Of a stretch of 64,000 bases of DNA, positions 25,801 through 36,800 are shown one piece after another. Both the position numbers and the translations under genes were made by a program. Below the pieces are notes generated by a model. That model had not been told where the DNA came from. It saw only the letters and a program-made list of their open reading frames with translations, and did not search any database. How positions within the stretch are numbered: position 1 is the first letter of the stretch; each line of letters opens with the position of its first letter. This DNA comes from Okamejei kenojei (Eukaryota), in NCBI GenBank assembly GCA_035221665.1, contig CM069140.1, forward strand, positions 42,036,001-42,100,000. The letters run 5' to 3'.

Positions 25801-28800
25801 TTTGTGAACCAGTAGTTAATTTCGCATGTTCTAAATCGTCCGTAAATTGACAAATACATTACCTTTCTGGAGTTAATTGTTTTTTTAAAAATCTAAATCA
25901 CTTATACTAAGGTTGGTCGTGAGTCATTAGTGGGCTTAATGTTATTATTTGACATACAATTTAAGAATTGGTTGGTGATTGAGTGCTTGTGTTTGATATA
26001 TAATTAACAGCAAACATGTTCAATTATTTATTAACATAATCTTGCGTAAAACCAAATCGAGCATAAACACTGCATAGACTCGCGATGTTACCAGGGATGG
26101 TTCAATATACATTTAATTTACGTTTTCAGGATTTCAGAACAAACTAGTGTCCGTTTTCCACCACCGATCGATAGCGAATATATAAAATATTGCACCTTTT
26201 CTTGGAGTCGTGTGTGCACAGAAATAGTTAAATTTTCAAGTATTCAAAAATAAACTTGCAAATTGGCAGAGGATTAAAATAATTAAAGTTGCTTAAGCAC
26301 CAATTTAGTTAGTCGGAAAATAGAGAACCTAAAATTACGTCCCGAAAAAACGGAGTCTATTTTTTTTTTAAATGAAAAATAAATATTAAGCCGAAACGTT
26401 TACAGAAATCTAAGGTTTATTATTTATTTTAAATATGACAATGCAGGTGCGCAAGCCAATTCATGAAACAAATCTGTAAAGGCTCAAAGAGGAATATATC
26501 TAAGTATTATTTTGAATTCTATTATTTTTGGTAAATGTTGAATGTGCGGGAGAATAGCGAGTGGATATAGATTGAACTTCATCATAACCATGATGAAACT
26601 TTTTTGTGCTGTAATCTTTTCAGAAGAACACGAGGTGGACAATGTAAAGGTGATCATGCTTACATGACTCCACGAAAAACATAAAAATATGTAACAGTCG
26701 TGGAATAAAAAAAAGTAAAACCACGGGAGTTCTCACGAGCCTGTAAAACGCGACACTTGATTATAAGCGAAGTATCGGACTTCTAAATCGTAAAAAGTAC
26801 ACGATCGAAAATCAGAAGAGCCATGAATACAGAACGCAACTTTTAAAACTGCGAGTTCAACTTAAAGCCTGAAAAAAATGTTTTCTCCTCTTTTCTTGAA
26901 AATGATATATTGTTTTAAAAATCATATAAGTGTTATTCATTGTAATAGTGCGTGTGGTTGTAGACAAAGATGCCTCTTATAATGTGCGCACCAGAATGAA
27001 ATCGTTGAACTTCTTGGTTAACATTCAAAGTAATGGTGCAGTCCTCTCCTTGGTGTATTTACATATATTCACCTCATCCGTGACAGTTAAGGGCTATTAT
27101 TGTCAACGACTTCATCACTCCTTAGTGTGATCATATATTTCAGAATTTATGGGAGATTGAATAGCATTTGTAAATATGCTCTAAACTCTCTGCTCCATTT
27201 CTGCATGAAAGCTATCGAATATACACTTCGCAGAAGTATTGAAAGAGTGAAAAAAAAGTATATCTTTAAAAAAACGTTATTTTAGACCTACTCTTTTTTT
27301 CTCCACGTTGCTTCGGAACAGTGCTTGTAAAGTTGATATTTCGAGAGTAAAGCAAAATGTTACAACAGTATGGGGCAAAAAAAAAATCGCAATTCGGTGG
27401 AGCGCACCATTGTAAGTGGGGGTGGGCATTCAACTCTCTCTCAACATTTTCCAAAATCAGAAAATCTCCCTTTGTTGTTGCTATTAGAGCCCTCTAGTTG
27501 TGGTACTGCACGGTGTTAGCACGAGATTTGGGTTGGTAACGTTCTGCTTTGCAAAAAGCGGCGCAATAATATACAAAGACTTTCTCTTCCACACTCCCTG
27601 TTCGGGAATGCCTTCAAATCCATATCTCCAGCGCCAAATCAACATGGACATCTCCGCAAGTGAGATGTATTCGTATAATTAGTGGGGAAATACTCCGATT
27701 CTTTGTATTAGAATGAATCAATGTTGTAATTAACAAAAAATCCAGCAGGTTTTGCATTGTGATCACTTTCAGTAAACGTCAGATCGCTTTGTACGTGCTG
27801 TCGCGGCGTCTAGTTTTGTTGAGACTTTATTTTTTTCACTTAACACTGCTTTATTTATAATGAGCCGGATCATTTTCTTAGACATTGCGACCCCTTCGGT
27901 GTTAGAGATAATTCACACCAAAAAAAAAGTTATCTGATTAATGTCAATGTGACACTTTTGAAATAGGAGCGGCGAAAGCTTGGGAACTTTGTCATCACGT
28001 AAATGATTGTCGATCCACGGTATTTTTTAAAGTTCCTCGGGGTGGTTGCTCCTGCTGTTGATTGAGACTGCAGAGAGTCTTCATTTGGGAATTTTACTAA
28101 AGACAACGGAAGAAATATATTTCCGAATACCGCAGTTGTTATTTGGGTTAATAAGTACTGGCCAAGCAAATTATACCTTTCGTGTTAGTGAAACTCGTGA
28201 AATGTAAATAAAAACCTATGGGAAAATCTGTGACCTTTAACATCAACTGCTTCGGAAGTGCAGCTATGTGTCAAATATAACGCCACAACAGTCTATTTAT
28301 TTGTGGTATGTCCAAATCAACCAGAACCATAAATCCAAGACACTGTCCCTGTCTGCGGGTAATGTACAAGCTGAGCTTTGTTACAGTTTGGTATATGATT
28401 GGTGCAATGAGGTTGCACATGATGTCTATCTCAAGAGATGTGCAACTGAATGAAATATATTAGTTCGATTTCAGTTCGATTATTGTGTATGTTAATATTG
28501 TAAGTACATTCAATCTTTCCATTTACAATAAATCATAAATGATTAAAAAAAATTAACGCCCATTAAATATTAAAATGTTTTCAATCCCAAGACATCGAAA
28601 GGTGTCATTTGGAACGAAATTTTCCATATTTATTACTTGCGTCACACTCTCAATTGTGTTCAACGGCAAGATGCATTCAATTGCAAAGCACTTCACGCTG
28701 TAAATGCACACAGTATATTGGTAGAAAAACTCGGCATTTAACGTGTACCACACATATCCAAATGAATCAAACGTTTCCAATAAACTGACGGCCAAAAATC

Positions 28801-29899
28801 AATAGGTGCATGTCCGATTAAGTTTGAACTATTGAATATGATTATCCTTTTGATGCCTGCTCTTATCAATTTATGGTTAAGCCGCTGCAAAACCAGAATA
28901 TCACAATTGTTGTAACAGAAGCACTTGAATAATATTTATAAAACCTTCACTTGCATTAGGGTGTGTGTTGAAATAATCAGGACAGAGGCCTAAACAGGTA
29001 ATTTAAGTTACGACCGCAACTGTCAATATCATTCAGTTCGTGTGGGAAGTCCATAATTATAATGCGTGAAGATATAATAATCACCGAGTCAACGCACCTA
29101 TTTGATTTACGCAGATGATCCAACTTAAAAAATATAACTTCAAAGTATTTGTCCTTTGGTGATAGTCTCAGTAATAATACAATAAATCAGGCATATGCAT
29201 AAATATCTAAAAAGACTGTTATTGATATGTGCGTGAATAATACGACACCTGTTTGGGATAATGAATTCAGCATTGGAATGCGAGCGTTTAATTCCTAATA
29301 GAAATAGTAAAATAAATAACACATTCTGTGAAGCACAATTTTTATTGGGTGGTTTAAAGGAATACATCGTGCTTCTAAAGTAAAAGTATTGTTTAATAAT
29401 CATGCTTACAACACAACTGCGTTCTCTTATACATTTCAAATGCAGTACACTCTCATTCTCTTATCTGTGTCGATATATTTTTCAACGTAGAGTTGCCATT
29501 ATTTCTCCCTTGTAGTAACTGTTGCCATTTGAGTACACCAGTCCTAACAAAAATGCTCATTTTTCATACAAGCTCAGTTACAAACCCTACAATGGCCAGT
29601 AATATCCCAGTAAATATTCCTCGGTACATTTCTACTTTTCATGGCAAGCAGATTGCATATTTATTTGTGAAATACTCCTTTATGCTTAGGGATAACGAGT
29701 CAATGCACCATGTCTGTTATAACACGTGAAATAGAAATAGGCCGAGATCTGTTGAACTGTGCAAGCAAATAAACGGGTAGACGAAACGTACAAATCCTAC
29801 AAGTTACAAAGGGGGAAACAAAAATCTATCATGCTTCCTTACCTAATTCTGCTATTCAAAAAAAAAAATCACAGCACATTACAATTGCCTTCAGTATAT

Positions 29900-30930
29900 A
29901 AAATGAAAGGAGCTTCACGCCGTGCAGATCTGATCGGTGATGGAACAGAACCTCGGCCCGGGAATGGAATCCCAGGCCAGACGCTCGCGCGACTTACGTC
30001 TCCCGGGATACTGGACGCTTATTGGTCAAACGCGCGGTCTGCTCCGTGCGTGGTTTCTATGCAAATACCGATGCGGAAATAAACACTAAGGACTGCAAAT
30101 CGATTGCAACTTCTCAGGGCGCTCCACAAAAGTGCTCTTTCGCCATCAGCACAGAGCCAGAGAAATGTGAGCGATCTTGGAACGCTTTCAAAAGGGCTTC
30201 TTCTTGGGAAACAAAAAAAAAACCCTCGGGCATCATTCGCCGACTTTTTTTTCGCAGCGGCTTTTGCATGGTTTCGCTTCCGGTTTGCAACGGTTCCCAG
30301 TTTATACATTAAAACCAAAATATAATCAACAAAAAGACGACAACAATGAAGCTAAACGTCTGAACAATTTAAAGTTTGTCACGTACTCTTTACATGGCGA
30401 TGGTACGTGATACATAATGAACTTTATTTCAATTATCATTTTAATAGCGATATTCTAAATTTGAATGCAAAATATTTAGGGATATTTTAAAGTATATTTA
30501 ATAATGTTTCAGCCTGATATTTAATAGCAGATGTCTATTTTTTTTATTCCAGTTTCCGTCCGGTTCCAGTTTGCGTCCATGTAGATAATGTCAATTATTG
30601 GGCCAAGATCGGGCTGTTAGAAAGCGCTGAGCTTGGCAATTTCCCCCGTCGCTTGCTTGGTGCAAGAGCAGGCACAAAAAAACGTTGCGCGCTCGCTATG
30701 TCGAGACGTGTGATTTAGTCTCAAAAACCATTTTCTTCAAACGGTCAGCCGAGACGTGAACTTGAACCGACATGATAGGCAGATCATTCTACCAATTGAA
30801 ATTTTCATTAACATCCTCGCGCCGCGCTGCGCCAATCGGTGCGTTCTAGCTGGAGTTTCCGCTATCAAGTTTGGTTTATTTGCAATAGGATACTTTGGAA
30901 GGGTTTGTTGGGAACTGTAGTTCAATGTGG
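29900..30930. promoter_or_regulatory. Upstream CpG-rich region, candidate alternative NFIA promoter
   Basis: Dense CpG/CGCG runs, CCAAT at ~30832, ACTACAGTTCCCA motif (-) at 30909-30921, ATG|GTACGT donor at 30400-30408. Confidence 0.5.
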
Positions 30931-32478
30931 TACAGTGCTAAAGCTGGATCAATGAATTCACTAAGGGCGAGCTGTGTAAGGTTATAGACCATATTTCTTT
31001 TTCATTAAACATAATACAGTACGTGTCCAGGTTTCCCACCGTGTAGCCCAAAACACACGTGCAATATATATATTTTTACATAAAAGAATCAATTTAGCAG
31101 AAGTGTTTTCTCTCTTGTAATTCCCTTAAATGAGATTAGAACAAATCACGAAATGAATAACTTGCACCGTATTTTAATTGTACATAACGTTTGCAATTAT
31201 ACATAATTTGCATGAATATTATGTTGCCCATTTGCTTTGGCATTGCATGGTGACTTTTAAATGGCCATTAGTATTCAATGGGGTTATGTGTAAAGTACCA
31301 GATCCATAGTTTTGATTGGCAAATAAGTTGGTAGCTTCTCTTGCCTTCGGAAGAAGGGGGCTGTTTGAATAGGGGCAGTGAAAATCATGGTAATGTTTGG
31401 ATGCAATGTTGCACATTTTCAAATGCAATTATTTTCTAAGGTGTTAAAGGATTTTAACGCGACCATAGCCACAGAGATTTCCGCAGCAAGTGAACTAAAG
31501 GATATGGATGATGGGCGGGGAATAGTCCCTGGAGTGGTTTCCCTTTAAATCGCTGTGTATTTTGAATTGACTTGTATATGTTTTCTATGATAGCCAATCC
31601 AAGTGCAGAAATGGCGTGTGTTATGACTTTCTCTTTGCATTCCCATCATCTTCTTGACACTACAACGAAAGGCTTTGTCCATGCGTTTTCTGCATTGCTG
31701 TGGAGCATGCACATTCCATTCTACTGACAGTCATAACCAGGCTTTACATTATATCCTTAACATTCTACGAATACACTATTTTTCACCAACGTCGAGTAAT
31801 GAATTTCTGAGTGTTGTTGGAATGAAACCTACGTGCACTGATGTCATTTGTAACATAGAACTTTAAATATTTTAAGATAAATTTCCTTTAAGATAATGTC
31901 TTGAAAATTAACAAAATTAACCAATAATGCCATTAAGTAGAAATTACACCAATACTATCCAAATTAACCAGTTCGCACGTCTTGAATCCTACCATTACCA
32001 AGATGCGTACGTTTATATTTGAGAATAATTGAACAAACACGTGCTACTAGAAAATAATTCATGCAACGTTTCCCCCGTTATTGCCACATTGCTAACACAC
32101 TGGAAAGTTTAATGGATAACAAGGGTTGTGGTTGCAACATGTTGGAATATTTTGCATTGTGATGAGGTCCTAACCTTCCACCCACATGTTTTCACTCCCC
32201 TGCATTTTAGTTCTGGTTTCGATTTGTAATTTTTAATTCAGAGCTGCAATAAATCGTGTGATAATTTCTTCAAAGTGAGAGCTACCCTACTCACTTTTCA
32301 TCAGTTAAACACACACACCTTCAACCCAATTGCACACTAAGACTTGCACACTTCAGAGCATGTCTATTTGTTTAGAAATATGGGCTCATTAACATAAATT
32401 TATATATCTTTCACAATCTACGGTAATGGAAATTGTGGCGATGTGGTACACAACCTTAGACATTATTTTTAAAGTGGA

Positions 32479-32647
32479 CAGACACAAAATACTGGAGTAA
32501 CTCAGCGGGGCAGGCAGCACCTCTGGATAGAAGTAATGGGTGACGGTCTATCCTTTTACCCGGAGATGCTGCCTGGCCCGCTGAGTTACTCGAGCATTTT
32601 GTGCATGTTTTCGATGTAACCCAACATCTGCAGTTCCTTCCTACACA
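32479..32647. mobile_element. Small fold-back Penelope-like terminal fragment
   Basis: cacaaaatactggagtaactcagcgggg...gcagcacctc inverted with gagatgctgcctggcccgctgagttactcgagcattttgtg; hammerhead core deleted. Confidence 0.75.
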
Positions 32648-33359
32648 TTCTTAAAGCGGAGTTGCGCAGTGAACAGGAACAAAGACTACAAGACCCAAAG
32701 TGCATTGCAGAGATGGCGCATGCGTGGTGCCTGACCAATGGTTTTTCACTCAGTGTTACATATGGGTCATTTGCGCAGGCAAAGAAACAGTCGAACAATG
32801 AACGGCAGCCGTGCGGAGGAGCGCTGGACGTGTCTTTCGACTGCGTGACGCGAAGGAAAAAAAACACAATAAACAGGCGCATGATTCTTAGTTATGTATT
32901 GTGATTTATTGTTGTTAGAAAAAGGCGCCAAAGGCTGACTGCACAAATCAGACGTTTTGGTTTAAACAAAACCCGACTTGGTGGGGGGGGCGGGGAAGAA
33001 ATACCCCCAAATCATTTCGCAACTAACTTTAGCGCTGCCAAACAAATCGCTCCATAATTTATTTACAAGAAAGTTGCACGCAGACTTTGAACTTTCTTAA
33101 TATGTGTATGTCACGGTGTTGGGATTTTGTGGCGGAATTTCTTTTCATGAATGGGCCATGAGAAAGAAACGCGCTCAGTGTGCCTGCCACAAGCTCAAGT
33201 CCAAGTTCATTGTCGGCGCTCCACATTGGCCGCCGCATCCAGCCACACTGTCCTGCTGCATTCGGCTGTTGACGCAGAGCCTCAGGGCTGGGAAGGGGAT
33301 CGGGTTTTTTTCAAGAATCCAGTCGGTCTGTTTTTATTTCGAAAAGCTCCTCATATACA

Positions 33360-33392
33360 GATATATATATATATATATATATAAAGAGAGAG

Positions 33393-33429
<37 letters not shown>

Positions 33430-33445
33430 GGGGGTTGTGGGGTGG
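33360..33445. repeat. (AT)n followed by G34 homopolymer and further G tracts
   Basis: AT repeat 33361-33383; G run 33395-33428. Confidence 0.9.
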
Positions 33446-33849
33446 AGAGCGATGTTCGCGTGGCGCCGGGAGCTGCAGAGCAATCGAGAGGGGTGTAGTC
33501 CAGTCTGGCTGAGAGAAAGCTAGCGCTCCCTCACTGACAGGCTGCGAGCCTGACTTTTCCCCGTTTAATTCTCAATCATAAGATCGAGACCGCTGCCGCA
33601 GAAAGCAGCCCGAGAGCGGGCTGGGGAAGATATCTTCCCGCAAAGCAGGTGTGAGACCGAGGGAAGGTGTGTGTTGGCGGCCGCCCGCCCGCCCGACTGT
33701 CAGACTGAGAGAGGCAGAGTTGCGATGTGGACTATATAGTAACTATAGGCGGGGTTAAAGTTCAGGATGGAGAAGCGAGCTGGCTTCAGTTCGAGACTGA
33801 AATGTGAAAGCCGGCTTTTCCTCTCACCACCACCAGCACCGCCACAATA

Positions 33850-33876
33850 ATGTACTCTCCGCTCTGTCTCACCCAG
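33850..33876 (+). CDS. NFIA: Nuclear factor I A, coding exon 1 (MYSPLCLTQ)
   Basis: ATG TAC TCT CCG CTC TGT CTC ACC CAG|gtagga; the canonical NFIA N-terminus, phase 0 donor. Confidence 0.95.
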
Positions 33877-36800
33877 GTAGGATACATTTTTGCAACATTT
33901 GTATCCCTTTAGAGGCCAGCATGGATTTTTATTAAACTTTTTTTCCTCTTTTTTTCCCTGCCTCCTGCTGCCTCTGAGATCAGTGTGTGGGCTCAGCGAT
34001 CTGCCCCATTGAGGCACATGGCTAATGGCGGATACGTATTAATATTTATTATTTTTGAACTGTAATATTTGAGAGTATATATATATTTTTTTACAAATTA
34101 CATTTTCCAAGAGCGGTATTTGCAGAGGTGCAGTGTATTTCTGAAGACTTTCCCAGGCCAGCGAAGTGTGGCGATGGCTGCTGTTATTTTTTTGAAGGAG
34201 GGGGGTGGGTGGAAAGCGAGCGATGGGGAAGCACGCTTTTGTTTTGACTGTAAGGTACGGAGTTTACTCACAACAGCGGTGCGCGGAAGTTTGATTTTTT
34301 AAAATAATATCTTCGACAACAACCCCGCCAGTGGCCACTCACTCCGCCGCAGCGCCCGGGCAGCGGCTCCGGCGAGCACTGCGCTCGGCGAGCCCGCTGT
34401 CGAGGCTGCTTCACCCAGGCTGAGGTGGACTTGACGGCGAGAGTTTCTTGGCGGGACACCGAGGTCCCATCAGGTGTGGAGTACCGTCAGGCCAAGTTGC
34501 TTTCTCTGGGAGGTTGGGCACCTACCTCTAACTTTTCTGGAGCACTTCTGCAAACACTGCGATTTGATGGGTGTTTGCGGGCATTGTGGTTTCGTGGCGA
34601 CACCGGCTTCCCTTTCGAGTTCCTTATTATTTTGATTTGTCTCAACAACTTCCCCAAAGCCCACCGCCCATGTCATTATTCCCTGTTTGTTTGGACCATT
34701 CAGTCAGACACCCTCAAGGTTTCCCCTTTTAACGGAGTTTTACTGCCGCTCCTTTTGAGGAAGGTCGAGGTTTCCCCAGTGGAAGCGTTCGTGGGCTGCT
34801 GGCGGGCCGCGTTTCTTTACACTCAAGTTTCCAGATTGCGATGTTGCTTTGAAATCTGCTTTATTTTGTATTTCCATACACCGTAGGAAATTTAACCCGC
34901 GGTAATTCCAAAGCTTCTGTTTAAAATATGAACCGTTGAAAGTGGATTCAGGGTCCCCGATTTTATAAAATAAACCTACCTGCAGCTATATATATGTTTC
35001 AAAATTTCATTATTTCCAGTATTATCAATAACATGTTTATGTATCTTTACCAGCAAGTCGTTTCTTTAAAAAGTTACACGCGATTTAAAAGTTTCCTAAG
35101 CTTTATCAACAGTGGGCATTTTATGTTTCCATAAATCTTCTAAATTCAACTCTTTCCCCTGTGGGAAGGGGGGAAGCATCAAGATCTTTACAAACGCTTT
35201 TAAAATCCACTAACCAGACTGTGGGAAAGGTTCGTATTATGACTTTAATTTTACACCAACAGCAAGATAAAGTAAACGTCAATATGACAATCTTGAAGTA
35301 ACTGTCGTTATATCTCTCAGGTTGGCGTTTCCCAATGAACACGTCAAATTATTCCGTTTTGCTACTTGCGAAAATGTCAGGGAACATTTAAAAATGGATG
35401 CAAAAGTTTAATATAAACTCGACATAATTTTAGGTAACCTGTGTGCAACATAACATTTTGCCCTTTTCCTGTATTCATTAAATACACAAGAAGTTGTTCA
35501 TTTGTGATATAATTCACATTGTCAAGCATCTCAGACAACTTTCTGCTATTATATCATTTGTTAATTGTAGGTAATTTAATTACTGAGGCATTGAGCTTCA
35601 GACAATCCCCAGCCACACATTTAATACTAGATTCTTTGAGGAATCTACTTAAAAATGTTTTTAAAAAACCCATAAATACAAGTACGGTAGAAAAAATGAG
35701 TTTGTAGTCTTTTACAGTTAAGAGTGTTTTGGTACAATGGTTACAATATTGCACAGAAAGTATTGATCTTTTGAATACAAATAATTTCTAGTACAAACAG
35801 TATTTTCCTTGCGTTCTAAGTCTATTGAATATGTTTTGGTTTAAGGCAGAACCCCAAAAATAACATAGATGCCTGATAATGTGTAGGTTTTAATCACAGT
35901 CGTTTTTTTCTAAAAAAAAGAGTTTAAAAAGTGCTTTCCAAAATGAATTTGGCTTGCTGCTTTGCTAAATTAAAAAATAAATAAGAAATGCAACAAATGA
36001 TCTAAAATGCATTGGGTTGTTTAAAAAAGAAGTTAATCTTGAAAAGAAAGATGTATAATAAACATGAACAGTAAATGGCGGCAAGTGGAGAATTAGATTT
36101 CCAGTGGTCAGTTGTTTGTAAACAATAAAGAACTCTAATTATCGGAGTTAAAATATAAGTAAGTTTATAACCACTTAAAAGAACATTGGTGCTTAGTCTG
36201 TTTGCTTCATCATTTTAGACTACATACACTAATTGATATGGCAGTGCCAAAAGAAAAACGTGCTTGCTGCACTGAAGTGCAGTGCAGAGGTTTATATCAA
36301 AATAGACCCACAACAAAACCACAACTTTACTGATTGTCATTTAAGTGGTCTGGCCATCTAAAATGTAATATTTAGAAATTAGCTTAAAATAGGAACCTTT
36401 GTTTAAAAATTGAATAGGGAAAAAAAGGCTTTAATTGGGAGAAAATTTCATCTTTCTGGTTTAAAAAAAAGACAGCTTTGCACGTCAGTGTTTTACGTGT
36501 CTGTAATGGGAACGAACTTCAAATTGCAAAATGTAATGCACTGCTAGAGATATTTAAGACCCCAGCCTTTTCATGATATAGTGGACATTGAATCTGTAGA
36601 TAATAAGAACCAATTGCAGCCGCATAAATACATTAATGTTGACTAAAGCTCCCAGCATGCGGACTTTTCTTACTGCTGCAGAATTCACTTTATTGTAATA
36701 TTTATTTTTTGTTTTTTTTGAACTGATATTCTTTTTGTAGGAAAAAACGTTATTCCACATTGAAAATGAAAGATGTAAGGCATCGTGGAAGATATAGGCG

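Larger units (their letters stand above)
32660..34900 (+). promoter_or_regulatory. NFIA promoter / CpG island
   Basis: GC- and CpG-rich block surrounding coding exon 1; ZNF143-type, YY1-like, NRF1-like, CCAAT and GC-box motifs; TATA-like tatatag at 33733. Confidence 0.8.

Noticed and set aside
34223-34254. ATG at 34223 as start of the alternative exon
   Set aside because: 32 nt to the donor, out of phase with exon 2; the ATG at 34174 is the in-frame one.
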